Assembly (NCBI GenBank): GCA_964433815.1
Contig: CAYSSP010000006.1
Location: 18,822-82,821 of the forward strand
Reading direction: 5' to 3'
DNA length: 64,000 bases
DNA from: an uncultured Candidatus Cloacimonadota bacterium
GTDB taxonomy: Bacteria; Cloacimonadota; Cloacimonadia; Cloacimonadales; Cloacimonadaceae
Under the pieces are notes generated by a model. The model had not been told where the DNA came from. It saw nothing but the letters and a program-made list of their open reading frames with translations, and did not search any database. How positions within the stretch are numbered: position 1 is the first letter of the stretch; each line of letters opens with the position of its first letter. Both the position numbers and the translations under genes were made by a program. This document shows positions 35,601 through 44,548 of this stretch, one piece after another.

Positions 35601-38600
35601 CTGGATGCCGGGACAAGAGTGTTGAAATGGGTTTATAGCAAGGATGGCAGCGTTTCCAGCGGCAGTGACTGCGCCTGGGTCGATGATATCGTCTTCCCTG
35701 CCTCTACGGCTCCCAACTCATACTTTCCGCCTCAAAACTTAACTGCCACACCGGGAAATGGCTTGGTGACGCTCAATTGGCAAGCTCCTGCCTCTGGTAC
35801 TCCGACCGGATACAAGGTATTCAGGAATAGCAACCTGCTTGCCTCCGTTACAGGGCTTACTTATGCGGATAATGCCGTGGTGAATGAAACAACTTACAGC
35901 TATTATCTCAAAGCAGTCTATGCCGGCGGAGAATCTGATCCTACTGCTACGGTCAACGCCACACCCTCTGCCAATCCTACCGTAGAGGTTGTGATTGGGG
36001 CAGGAACTACGACGACCGGGACATCCGAGGCTTCACCAATCAACATCTATTATGAAAGCTTGCACGGACAGAGCGTTTACACTGCGGCTGAGATGGCTGC
36101 GGCGGGAGTAAGCGGTCCCTGCACCATCACCCAGCTTGGCTTCTATGTTGCTTCCTCTCCGACCCTCTCATTGCCCAACTTCTTAGTCCGCATGAAGCAT
36201 ACCAGCGCGACAAACGTCTCCTCCTGGCAAAGTTCGGCTAATATGCAGACAGTATTTAGCTCCGGGTCTTACACGCCTGTTGCAGGTGGATTCCATATGC
36301 TGACACTGACCACGCCATTCCAATGGAACGGAGTGGATAACATTGTAGTGGATACAGCTTTTGACGTAGTCAGTCCATGGAGCTCTACCGGCACTGTCCG
36401 CTATAGCTCCGTCACCAGCGGCTATCGCTATATCAGGGCGGATGATAATGATCAGACCAGTATCTTCTCGGGTGGCTACACATCCAGCTACCGTCCCAAT
36501 ATCAAGTTTGTCCTTTCTCCTGTACAGACTGATGCGGCTCTCATTGCAGTGGATCCGGCCAGCATCAGCAAGACAGTCAATACTGGAGCTTCCACGACAG
36601 CTCAGCTTACCATCTCCAATAGTGGTAATCTGCCGCTTACCTGGACAATCTCGGATCGCTCCAGAAGCGAGGAACTCGACGAACTGATCCGTACGGGATG
36701 GCTGAGCTTTAGCCCTGCATCAGGAACCATTCAGGCAGGTGCCAGCCAGGTGATCGAGCTTGTGCTCAATTCTGCCGGTCTTGCTAATGCTACCTACAAC
36801 AAGAACCTGGTGATTGCTTCAAACGCTTCAAACACGCCTTCCCTTTCTGTGCCGGTCAGCTTCATAGTGAGCGATCTGGTACCGAATAACCCCCGCTTTG
36901 TAGCTGAATGGGAACCTGCCAAGGGTGCTATCATTGCATACCCCTTTGGACAGCCATACAGCCTGATCCGTGATCTCTCCAATCACGGCCTGCTCTACGT
37001 CGTTGTGAGTAGCTCCCAACAATCTACCTGCGCCAGCAGCCTCAGCAGCAATAGCGTCAATATGACCAATGTACGCTACATCAATGCAATTACAGATTCT
37101 TACTGGGTAAGGGATTACGGCCCGTGGACGATCTTTGATGCAAACCGCAATATGAAGATCGTCGATTTCACTTACAACCGTCCCCGTCCCAATGATAATG
37201 CTGCCAATACAACGATCGCTACGTACTTGGGATATAACCGTTATCTGATGGAAATGAGCCACACCGGAGGCAATATTATGACCGATGGTATGGGCAAAGC
37301 GATGAGCACAGAGCTGGTTTTGGAAGAGAATACCAGCCTTACTCAAAGCCAGATCAACAACCTGATGCAGACCTATCTCGGTATCAGCGAGTACCAGCTC
37401 TATCCTGATCCAAACAACACATATATCGATCACATAGATTGCTGGGCAAAGCTGCTGGACGTGGACAAAGTGATCATCCGCAGCGTCCCCAGTTCTCACG
37501 CCCAATATGCAGCGATCGAAGCTGAAGTAGCCCGCTGGCAAAGCAAAACCAGCAGCTATGGCACACCTTACAAGATCTATCGGGTTTACACACCCAATGA
37601 TGAGCCCTACTCCAATTCCTATATAATGAACAAGCGTATCTACGTGCCCCAGATGGGCACTGCAAATGATGCTGCGGCTCTGGCTGTGTATCGCAATGCT
37701 ATGCCCGGCTACACAGTGATCGGTTACACTCATACGAATTATGAGAGCACCGATGCTCTGCATTGCCGTGTAAACACCGTTTACGACGATCAAATGATCG
37801 CACTCAGGCACACACCTCCCACCAGCGCGACAGCCACCCAAGCACTGCCGCTTGGCGTGACGATCTCCCACGGAAATCCTCTGAGCAGTACCTATGTCGC
37901 CTGGAAGAATGGTTACAATGGCACTTGGCAAAACAGCAACCTCAGCCTTGCCGGAGCAACCTGGAGCACCACCATCATCAGCCCTGCCCTGGGAGATACG
38001 ATCTATTACTGGATCAACGCCTCAGATACTACCGGCAGAAGCACCACCCTCCCGCTTTGCGCTGCCTCTGATCCTTTCAAGCTGGTCGTCAATATCCCCG
38101 CTCCCAATTCTGCCCCTACGATTGACCTGCCCCCAGGCTGGGCATTTGACAAGAACTCCAGCCTTTCAGAGAGCTTCGCAGCCTACATCAGCGATCCGGA
38201 CAACGATCCGCTGGTGCTGACTGCAAGTGGCAACAGCAATATTATCGTCCAGATCAATGGTCATAATATCAGTTTCAGCGCTGTCGCAAACTGGATTGGC
38301 AGCGAGCTGATCACCTTCACAGTGAGTGATGGTGAGTTCAGCGCAGAGGATCAGATATTGATCACTGTCAATCCGGTAAATCTGCCTGTCTGGCTGCCGG
38401 TAAATCACGGAAGCACACCTGCAACGCTCTTTGCTGTTGTTACCATCAACAATATCCCTGCACAGATCAACGACTTGGTCGCCGCCTTTGTCGGTGATGA
38501 ATGTCGCGGAATCGGCACTATCAATCTGATCGAACGCAGCATTGCCCGCACGACTCTGGATGTCAATCTGGCATCTGCAGGTGAGCTTGTGACCTTCAAG

Positions 38601-38954
38601 ATTTATGCCTTTGCGGAAGACACTATCTATCTGGTGCCCGAGGTGATGCCAATGGATCCCGGAACCACCTATGGCGCAACTGATCCAGTTCCTTTGAATG
38701 GCACAGGAGACGTCATCATTCAAAGCCCTGTCGCCAATATCCAGAGCCTCAGCGGAATCACCCGTCTATCCTGGAACGCCGTTCCCTTCGCCGGCACCTA
38801 CAAGATCTATGCCTGTAGCGAGCCGTTTGGCACGTACAACCTCCTGGGAACCACCAATACCCTCACCTGGGAGATCAATCCCAACCAAGAAAGAATGTTC
38901 TACAAGGTCGTAGCTGTCCAGCCCCTGCCGGATAACCGCAGCCCCAGAAACTAA
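32658..38954 (+). CDS. Giant secreted fusion protein: gingipain-like propeptide plus C25 cysteine peptidase, Ig/MAM/FN3 modules, and a Porphyromonas-type peptidylarginine deiminase (PAD_porph) domain
   Basis: C25 motifs are 'INYVGHGSDTSW' (His432) and 'FIMDVACVNGNF' (Cys465). PAD motifs at aa ~1412-1715 are 'FVAEWEPAKG', 'YWVRDYGPW', 'YNRPRPNDN', 'HTGGNIMTDGMG', 'IDHIDCW' and 'TDALHCRVN'. AGAGGAGA RBS, signal peptide, hairpin terminator. Confidence 0.85.
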   Translation: MKRVWILMILVFAIGLANAEVLRVGPGENSLWVLSSSSTETVLQYRISNFERQRIEINGEEWNRIRLPKEGISQDKGMPELPVYNRSIIIDGASRMKLEVYDLEYLDMQLAVAPSKGVITRDINPETVPYTFAPVYGESGFYPRQIAELSEPYILRDFRGITIKTAPFAYDPQSGTLRIYTGYKVRVYADGIDNLNTLSGSRGAISRDFAPLYENHFVNWNSYRYTPVSDNYGKLLVICHTNYLTQILPYVNWKKQKGIQTELVEWSTIGTTAAHLQTYIQNRYNADNTIAYVQLVGDAPQIPSLSSGGGGSDPSFSLVAGSDMYPDIFIGRFSAETAAQVTAQINKAIVYERDLTTTDNWLSKALGIASAEGGGTQGDNGESDIAHMNLIRTDLLNYGYTSVDQVYDPGASASTVTTNVNAGRGFINYVGHGSDTSWVTTGFSSTNASALTNGNKTPFIMDVACVNGNFVSLTCFAEAWMRNANGGAVAIYASSINQSWNSPMRAQDEATDLLIAESKTTTGGLYYNASCKMMDIYGNTSGSDGVNMFKTWHIFGDASLKIRTKTPLAMTVTHPATITIGTMSVTVNTGVANAMVAITYNNTIYGVANANSSGVASVSLSNPPSGVINYTVTATAFNRVSYVGTIQQIAASGPYMGVETVSYTDGNNSIAEYNENGGFSVSFKNLGTSTASNVTATLTCSSPGITITDNSETIASLAAGASILRTNAFGISVANNIANGMSASFTITMTSGTENWTHNFSQVFAAPALAFGSMMVSDPTGNNNGRIDPGETVTITIPLNNTGAALSPAGTASLSSATQGITINTGSTGFTAISAGGATSLSFGVSAASGMTLGTVASFSFTATAGAYTAAKNETHAVGLIQEDFETGNFTGYPWVLGGNLPWTVANTGAHGGTYTAKSGVITHSQESSMETTRILTGSGNLSFWYKVSSESTYDFLKFYIDGVVQGSWSGTVDWTQANYTLDAGTRVLKWVYSKDGSVSSGSDCAWVDDIVFPASTAPNSYFPPQNLTATPGNGLVTLNWQAPASGTPTGYKVFRNSNLLASVTGLTYADNAVVNETTYSYYLKAVYAGGESDPTATVNATPSANPTVEVVIGAGTTTTGTSEASPINIYYESLHGQSVYTAAEMAAAGVSGPCTITQLGFYVASSPTLSLPNFLVRMKHTSATNVSSWQSSANMQTVFSSGSYTPVAGGFHMLTLTTPFQWNGVDNIVVDTAFDVVSPWSSTGTVRYSSVTSGYRYIRADDNDQTSIFSGGYTSSYRPNIKFVLSPVQTDAALIAVDPASISKTVNTGASTTAQLTISNSGNLPLTWTISDRSRSEELDELIRTGWLSFSPASGTIQAGASQVIELVLNSAGLANATYNKNLVIASNASNTPSLSVPVSFIVSDLVPNNPRFVAEWEPAKGAIIAYPFGQPYSLIRDLSNHGLLYVVVSSSQQSTCASSLSSNSVNMTNVRYINAITDSYWVRDYGPWTIFDANRNMKIVDFTYNRPRPNDNAANTTIATYLGYNRYLMEMSHTGGNIMTDGMGKAMSTELVLEENTSLTQSQINNLMQTYLGISEYQLYPDPNNTYIDHIDCWAKLLDVDKVIIRSVPSSHAQYAAIEAEVARWQSKTSSYGTPYKIYRVYTPNDEPYSNSYIMNKRIYVPQMGTANDAAALAVYRNAMPGYTVIGYTHTNYESTDALHCRVNTVYDDQMIALRHTPPTSATATQALPLGVTISHGNPLSSTYVAWKNGYNGTWQNSNLSLAGATWSTTIISPALGDTIYYWINASDTTGRSTTLPLCAASDPFKLVVNIPAPNSAPTIDLPPGWAFDKNSSLSESFAAYISDPDNDPLVLTASGNSNIIVQINGHNISFSAVANWIGSELITFTVSDGEFSAEDQILITVNPVNLPVWLPVNHGSTPATLFAVVTINNIPAQINDLVAAFVGDECRGIGTINLIERSIARTTLDVNLASAGELVTFKIYAFAEDTIYLVPEVMPMDPGTTYGATDPVPLNGTGDVIIQSPVANIQSLSGITRLSWNAVPFAGTYKIYACSEPFGTYNLLGTTNTLTWEINPNQERMFYKVVAVQPLPDNRSPRN

Positions 38955-38966
38955 TCATATACCTAT

Positions 38967-38997
38967 AGCGGGATGGTGCCAAGCGTGCCATCCCGCT
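38967..38997 (+). terminator. Rho-independent terminator
   Basis: Stem agcgggatgg (38967-38976) pairs with ccatcccgct (38988-38997), followed by ttgctttg. The stem sequence is related to the terminator at 935-965. Confidence 0.6.
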
Positions 38998-39109
38998 TTG
39001 CTTTGCCAAAAACCAGCCAAACCCGGGCATCTATAGCAGGCTCACACATATCCCTTTTCAATCTGAGTGAATCGATTAGCTTATACTTATAAAGAACTTA
39101 GGAGCTATA

Positions 39110-39541
39110 ATGATTACTATCAATCCTTACCTCAATTTCAATGGCAATTGCCTGGAAGCATTTGAATTCTATAAATCCGTCTTTGGCGGAGATTTCCCCT
39201 ATGTCGGCCGCTACAAAGACATGCCCACAGACGCAGACCATCCCCTACCGGAAGAGATGCACAATCTTATTCTGCATATGAGCCTCCCAATCAGCAAAGA
39301 GACTGTCCTGATGGGTGCCGATACTAACGAGATCTGGGCTCAGAAAGCCGGATTTGATGGCAATGTCGAGCTGATGATCAATGCCGAAACCCGTGCCGAA
39401 GCCGATGCAATCTGGGCAAAACTCTCCGTCGGAGCCACCATTACAATGCCCCTGGCGGATGCTTTTTGGGGTGATTACTTCGGCGGACTCACCGATAAAT
39501 TCGGAGTGCGTTGGATGATCACCGCTCCGACTGAATCCTGA
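39110..39541 (+). CDS. VOC-superfamily protein, PhnB-like (3-demethylubiquinone-9 3-methyltransferase-domain family)
   Basis: 'INPYLNFNGNCLEAFEFYKSVFGG' and 'WGDYFGGLTDKFGVRWMI' are characteristic of this family. Confidence 0.75.
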   Translation: MITINPYLNFNGNCLEAFEFYKSVFGGDFPYVGRYKDMPTDADHPLPEEMHNLILHMSLPISKETVLMGADTNEIWAQKAGFDGNVELMINAETRAEADAIWAKLSVGATITMPLADAFWGDYFGGLTDKFGVRWMITAPTES

Positions 39542-39563
39542 TAATCCACCCAGTTGGTCAAAG

Positions 39564-39950
39564 ATGATAATGTCCGAAATCGACAAACAACTCTACAAAG
39601 AGCTGGGATCTGCCAATCATGCCCGGCTGGAGCCCTACATCAAGCTCTTTGAAGAGACCGTCCCGGAAGCCGGCATCAGTTTTTACAATCCCACTGTGCT
39701 TTACCTCACCGTAAAAGGACAGGTCAGCCTCGGTTTATCTCCCAGAAAGCAATACATCAGCCTCTACATGGGCTCGATGGAGACAATGAAGATCTTTCGG
39801 GAATTGCTCCCCAGGCTTGGCAAAGTAAAGACCGGCGTCGGTTGCATCAATATCCGCAAACACAGCGATCTAAACGAGGAAGTGCTCAAAGAAGCCTTCA
39901 TAAAAATCGGCAATAGCGATCACACCGGAGCCTATGGCTTTGGTGGCTGA
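39564..39950 (+). CDS. Small hypothetical protein, possibly DUF1801/YdhG-like
   Basis: 128-aa ORF in an operon-like position. The resemblance is weak ('KQYISLYMG', 'GVGCINIRKHSDL'). No clear RBS. Confidence 0.35.
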   Translation: MIMSEIDKQLYKELGSANHARLEPYIKLFEETVPEAGISFYNPTVLYLTVKGQVSLGLSPRKQYISLYMGSMETMKIFRELLPRLGKVKTGVGCINIRKHSDLNEEVLKEAFIKIGNSDHTGAYGFGG

Positions 39951-40047
39951 TCTATCAATAAATAGAGAAAGATATGCCGGGGATACACCTCTCCGGCATT
40001 TCTATATAGATTGCAATCACTTGACTTATCCTGCAGGGAAATAAGTC

Positions 40048-40076
40048 TTGACGTTTTTAACAAAGCTCTCATAATT
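40048..40076 (+). promoter_or_regulatory. Candidate sigma70-type promoter for the HerA-like gene
   Basis: TTGACG (40048-40053), a 17-nt spacer, then ATAATT (40071-40076), about 50 nt upstream of the ATG at 40127. A palindrome gacttat-N11-ataagtc lies directly upstream at 40023-40047. Confidence 0.4.
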
Positions 40077-40126
40077 GCAGAACTGTACCCGAATACAAGG
40101 CGAGCGCAGATATCCATGGAGGTTTT

Positions 40127-41608
40127 ATGAATCAGATTTTGATTGGCAAAGGTGAGCATCAGGTCTTTCTGGATCCGGCCTATGGCAATCGACACGGGCT
40201 GATCGCGGGTGCCACAGGCACCGGCAAGACTGTCACCCTGCTTGTTTTGGCAGAAGGCTTTTCACGCCTGGGCGTACCCGTATTTATGGCTGATGTCAAA
40301 GGTGATGTTGCAGGGCTGGCTATGCCGGGCACGATGAGTGAAAAGCTCTCTTCCCGCATTACTCAGATCGGCGTCGATAACTTCAGCACAGAAGGCAGCC
40401 CGGTGGTCTTTTGGGATGTTTTCGGAGCATCCGGACACCCACTCCGAACCACCATCAGCGAGATCGGCCCCGCCCTCTTATCCCGCATTCTTGATCTGAA
40501 CGACGTCCAAAGTGGCACTCTCGAGATCGCTTTCAAGCTTGCAGATGACGAAGGACTGCTTCTGCTGGATCTGGACGACCTCCGATCCCTCCTCAGTTTT
40601 GTTGCTGATAACAAAACAGAAATCTCAAAGCAATACGGCCTCGTAAGCCCCGCCTCGATCGCCGCAATCCAGAGATCTCTTTTGAGCTTGGAGCGCGAAG
40701 GAGCGGAACAGCTCTTTGGCGAGACTGCTCTCGAACTCGCAGACCTGATGCGGACAGACCTCAGCGGACGAGGTATCATCAGCATCCTGGCTGCAAACAA
40801 ACTGGTGCTGAGTCCCAAGCTCTACTCCAGCCTGTTGCTCTGGTTACTCTCCGAGCTCTACGAAAACCTCCCCGAAGTGGGCGATCTGGACAAACCCAGG
40901 ATGGTCTTTTTCTTTGATGAAGCGCATCTGCTCTTTGACGATACCCAGCCCGCATTGGTAAAGAAAGTGGAACAAGTGGTGCGCCTGATCCGCTCCAAGG
41001 GCGTAGGCGTTTACTTCTGCAGCCAGTTCCCCGACGACATCCCTTCGGAGATTCTGGGACAGCTCGGCAACCGTTTTCAACACGCACTTCGCGCTTACAC
41101 TCCCCGGGATCAGAAAGCAGTCAGGACTGCCGCAGAGACCTTTGTACCAAATCCCAAGCTCGATGTGGCGGATGTGATCTCCCGGCTTGGCACCGGCGAA
41201 GCTTTGGTCTCGACTCTGGCAGCCAAAGGAGTTCCTTCCCCGGTCGAGCAGACCATCATCTGTCCTCCCCGCTGCCGTATGGGCAGCATCACGGATGCAG
41301 AACGCCTTACCGTCATCAACCGCAGCCCGCTCGGGATCAAATACGATAAGCTCATCAATCGTGAATCTGCCCATGAAATCCTTTCACAGAGGGCAATAGG
41401 TCGCGTAGCCGAACAAAGCGCAAAGCCAGCCGAACAGGCAAAGCCGGAGGAGAAACAGAGTGCGGTCAGCGAGCTGCTGTGGGGAACCAAGAAGCGACAG
41501 GGACTGGTGGAAACAATGGCAAAGCAGACCGCCCGCACCATGGGCAGTCAAGTAGGCAGAACCATCATCCGTGGTATCCTGGGAGGTATTTTCGGAGGGA
41601 AAAAGTAA
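40127..41608 (+). CDS. HerA-like / DUF853 (YjgR-type) P-loop ATPase
   Basis: 'NRHGLIAGATGTGKTVTLLVLAEGFSRLGVPVFMADVKGD' (Walker A) and 'MVFFFDEAHLLF' (Walker B). The C-terminal tail is basic and rich in Gly/Arg. Confidence 0.8.
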   Translation: MNQILIGKGEHQVFLDPAYGNRHGLIAGATGTGKTVTLLVLAEGFSRLGVPVFMADVKGDVAGLAMPGTMSEKLSSRITQIGVDNFSTEGSPVVFWDVFGASGHPLRTTISEIGPALLSRILDLNDVQSGTLEIAFKLADDEGLLLLDLDDLRSLLSFVADNKTEISKQYGLVSPASIAAIQRSLLSLEREGAEQLFGETALELADLMRTDLSGRGIISILAANKLVLSPKLYSSLLLWLLSELYENLPEVGDLDKPRMVFFFDEAHLLFDDTQPALVKKVEQVVRLIRSKGVGVYFCSQFPDDIPSEILGQLGNRFQHALRAYTPRDQKAVRTAAETFVPNPKLDVADVISRLGTGEALVSTLAAKGVPSPVEQTIICPPRCRMGSITDAERLTVINRSPLGIKYDKLINRESAHEILSQRAIGRVAEQSAKPAEQAKPEEKQSAVSELLWGTKKRQGLVETMAKQTARTMGSQVGRTIIRGILGGIFGGKK

Positions 41609-41614
41609 GGCCTA

Positions 41615-43114
41615 ATGCTGATTGCCGCACTGGTACTGCTGACCCTGGTCTTGATCGCGAGCATCTCGCACAAGATAAATATCCCCGTGATCATCCTTTC
41701 GTTGGTGATCGGGATCATCTTCGGCAGCGATGTCTTGGGGCTGATCTACTTTGATAATGCTATACTTGCCAAAGAAGTAGCCAATATTGCTCTGATGTTC
41801 ATCCTCTTCATCGGCGGATTCGGCACCAAAAAGCACGCCTTTAGAGCAGTGATCAAGCCTGTTTCGCTCTTGGCGACTCTGGGGATCGTTACGACTGCCG
41901 GAATTACCGGCTGGATCTTCCATCTGATATCCGGCTGGCCACTGATTAATAGCCTGTTGATCGGCTCCATCCTTGCCTCGACCGATGCCGCCGCAGTATT
42001 TTCGGTGCTAAAAAACCGCAGTCTGGACAGCCGGATCAAAAGCATCACAGAGCTCGAATCAGTATCAAACGACCCGATGGCGGTAGTGCTAACGATGTTT
42101 GTGATAGATCAGATGCTGGGAACGCAGGGAAGCCTGCCGATGGCAATCCTGAGATTCCTCTGGCAACTCGGTGGTGGAATCGGGATCGGCATCTTGATCG
42201 GCAATTTGGCAGCCTTTGTAATTAGAAGAATCCGCCAAAACGAGCCTGAGTTCTTCTTCGTTTATCTGATTGCCATCGTGATGCTTAGCTATAGCATTGC
42301 CAATATCTTGGGAGCCAGCGGAATGTTATCGGCATTCTTTGCCGGCTTTGTGATGGGTAATAAAAACATCCCTTACAAAAAGGGACTGCTGTCCATTAAC
42401 AACACGCTTTCTTTCATTACAAACGTTGGACTTTTCATTTTGCTGGGTCTCTTGGTCTTCCCCGGAAAGTTTTACCTGATCTGGGATAAGGGCGTAATCA
42501 TCTTCCTGATCCTCAGCCTGATTGCAAGGCCCATCACGGTATATCTATTCACTTTTTTCAGCCGGCTCAATCTCAAAGAAAAGAGTTTTCTCTCCGCAGC
42601 CGGGATCCGAGGCGCTGTCCCCATCGTGCTAGCCACCTATCCGGCAGCTATGGGGCTCGATCCCGAACATGAGATTTTTAACATAGTCTTTTTCGTGGTA
42701 ACCCTCTCGATGATCGTGCAAGGGACCTCGCTGATCCCCCTTGCCAAGAAGCTGAAGCTGCTCTCCAAAAGCAAAAACAGCTCTTCCCGCGTATTGGAAC
42801 TGGTCTCCGTACAGGATACCAATTACGAGATTGTGGAGGTCTATATCGATGAAGAATACTACCACGGCTCGATTCGCATCTCCGAGATGAAACTGCCAAA
42901 GGGCACCCTGATCACCTTCGTTCGCCGCGGTGATCAGATAATGACGCCCACCGGTTCGATGGAAATCTTTCCCAAGGATACACTTACAGTCCTGGTCGAG
43001 AATCAGTACATCGATATGATCGCGGTCGATATCATGCGCAGCTTTGTGCTCAAGAAACTGGACGAACACAAAAAGGATAAGATCGAAGAGCCAACCACTC
43101 CCAGTGCCGACTGA
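41615..43114 (+). CDS. K+/H+ (cation/proton) antiporter, NhaP2/CvrA-type, with a C-terminal TrkA-C domain
   Basis: About 12 TM segments. 'ESVSNDPMAVVLT' is the CPA1 signature. The C-terminal soluble domain contains 'EIVEVYIDEEYYHGSIRISEMKLPKGTLITFVRRG'. Confidence 0.8.
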   Translation: MLIAALVLLTLVLIASISHKINIPVIILSLVIGIIFGSDVLGLIYFDNAILAKEVANIALMFILFIGGFGTKKHAFRAVIKPVSLLATLGIVTTAGITGWIFHLISGWPLINSLLIGSILASTDAAAVFSVLKNRSLDSRIKSITELESVSNDPMAVVLTMFVIDQMLGTQGSLPMAILRFLWQLGGGIGIGILIGNLAAFVIRRIRQNEPEFFFVYLIAIVMLSYSIANILGASGMLSAFFAGFVMGNKNIPYKKGLLSINNTLSFITNVGLFILLGLLVFPGKFYLIWDKGVIIFLILSLIARPITVYLFTFFSRLNLKEKSFLSAAGIRGAVPIVLATYPAAMGLDPEHEIFNIVFFVVTLSMIVQGTSLIPLAKKLKLLSKSKNSSSRVLELVSVQDTNYEIVEVYIDEEYYHGSIRISEMKLPKGTLITFVRRGDQIMTPTGSMEIFPKDTLTVLVENQYIDMIAVDIMRSFVLKKLDEHKKDKIEEPTTPSAD

Positions 43115-43345
43115 TACAGCTCCCGTGGATAGTTTGCGGGAGTTCACATGCTGTATCAAGCCCCATATTTTGACCATTTTACTATCCCCCGGCAGATAAC
43201 CCAAGTCAGATAATCCAATTGCAACAGAATATTCCTTGACTTATTTAGCCCGCGTGTTAGAGATCGCTTGTGCGATAAATCGCTACCTGATGCCTAATAT
43301 CCCGGGTGGCAGAGTAAACCGCAACCTTATGAAAAGGAGTACATT

Positions 43346-44044
43346 ATGCCGAGCTTGGTAAAACGCATGATTGCGGAAACTTTTGGTACTTTTTGGTTGG
43401 TTTTGGGCGGTTGTGGCAGCGCTGTATTGGCTGCGAACTTCCCCAATATCGGAATTGGACTGGTAGGCGTATCCTTTGCCTTTGGTCTCACAGTTCTTAC
43501 GATGGCCTATGCGATCGGTCATATCTCGGGTTGCCACCTCAATCCGGCGGTTTCGCTGGGACTGTGGGCAGGTGGCAGATTCCCTGCCAAAGACCTTTTA
43601 CCCTACATCCTGGCTCAGGTAGTTGGCGGAATCGTAGCTGGCGGAGTGCTCTTTATCATAGCCAGCGGAGCCGCGGGCTTTAATGTGGCGGATGGCTTTG
43701 CGGCAAATGGAGTGGGCTCGCACTCTCCGGGACATTTCCGGGTAATCCCCGGCATCCTTTGCGAAGTCGTGATGACAGGGATGTTCCTGATGATCATCAT
43801 GGGCGCTACTTCAAAAAAAGCTCCCGCCGGTTTTGCACCAATCGCGATCGGTCTGGCGCTTACTTTGATCCATCTGATCAGCATTCCGGTAACCAATACC
43901 TCGGTCAATCCGGCACGCAGCACAGGCGTTGCAGTTTTCGTAGGCGATTGGGCTATTCAACAGCTTTGGATCTTTTGGGTGGCTCCGATCATCGGTGCCA
44001 TCGGCGGAGGCTTGATCTACCGCTTCCTGGAGGACAAGGAGTAA
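43346..44044 (+). CDS. aqpZ: Aquaporin Z
   Basis: Two NPA boxes ('HLNPAVS', 'SVNPARS'). Collinear with E. coli AqpZ. AAGGAG RBS. Confidence 0.9.
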   Translation: MPSLVKRMIAETFGTFWLVLGGCGSAVLAANFPNIGIGLVGVSFAFGLTVLTMAYAIGHISGCHLNPAVSLGLWAGGRFPAKDLLPYILAQVVGGIVAGGVLFIIASGAAGFNVADGFAANGVGSHSPGHFRVIPGILCEVVMTGMFLMIIMGATSKKAPAGFAPIAIGLALTLIHLISIPVTNTSVNPARSTGVAVFVGDWAIQQLWIFWVAPIIGAIGGGLIYRFLEDKE

Positions 44045-44215
44045 GTAAGTTTATTCAGTGATTGATCCAGTTTAACTTGAGCAACCCCTCTCCCGGTGCA
44101 GGCTGGGGGAGGGGTACTGGCTTAGGGATAAACCTCTGCTGTTCTCCGCTTTCTCTGTGGTTAAAACCTCCTTACTCCTTTACTCCTTGTTTGAAACAAA
44201 GTCCCCCATTGAATA

Positions 44216-44281
44216 CTGCCACGCTCCTGCCGCGCTGAAGCCGCGATCATGCCGCGACCGCGGCAGTAGCGCGGCATGATC
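44216..44281. repeat. GC-rich palindromic repeat, family C, copy 1 (rearranged)
   Basis: ctgccacgctcctgccgcgctgaagccgcgatcatgccgcgaccgcggcagtagcgcggcatgatc. It shares the gccgcgatcatgccgcg / cgcggcatgatc arms with 57212-57285. Confidence 0.75.
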
Positions 44282-44346
44282 TCCCCATGTTCGTGGCATA
44301 AATCTATAGGCGGGCAGGTGATAGCAATAGATTCTAACTAATCTCC

Positions 44347-44391
44347 ATATCTGTCCCAAAAACGTCAGATCTGTCCCCCATATAATAGTGA
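44347..44391 (-). repeat. Dispersed repeat, family B, copy 2 (inverted relative to 22190-22234)
   Basis: The reverse complement reads tcactattatatgggggacagatctgacgtttttgggacagatat. The spacing of the two GGGACAGAT sites is the same 20 bp. Confidence 0.75.
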
Positions 44392-44548
44392 AGGCACTTT
44401 TTTGTAGCACTCGAAGGATATGATTGAAACAGAGTGCTTATCATAGGCCCGGAAATTGCATTATAGAGTGAGGGTACTAAGTAGTGTTTTTTATTGACAC
44501 ACTATACCATGCCATGATTTTGGCAGAAACAGGAATAATCGAGGAATT

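Noticed and set aside
33291-38723. Long antisense ORFs inside the C25-PPAD gene (33291-33953, 34578-35429, 34643-35221, 36828-37931, 38166-38723)
   Set aside because: They lie fully within a gene whose sense-strand translation carries clear catalytic motifs. Their translations are low-complexity and rich in Arg, Cys and Ala, with no RBS or recognisable domains. These are typical shadow ORFs.
38800-38954. The 'FYKV.A'-type C-terminus as a novel sorting signal
   Set aside because: The motif is simply the last beta-strand signature of an FN3 domain and is common in internal FN3 copies. Only the absence of a recognisable T9SS domain is retained, as part of a low-interest finding.
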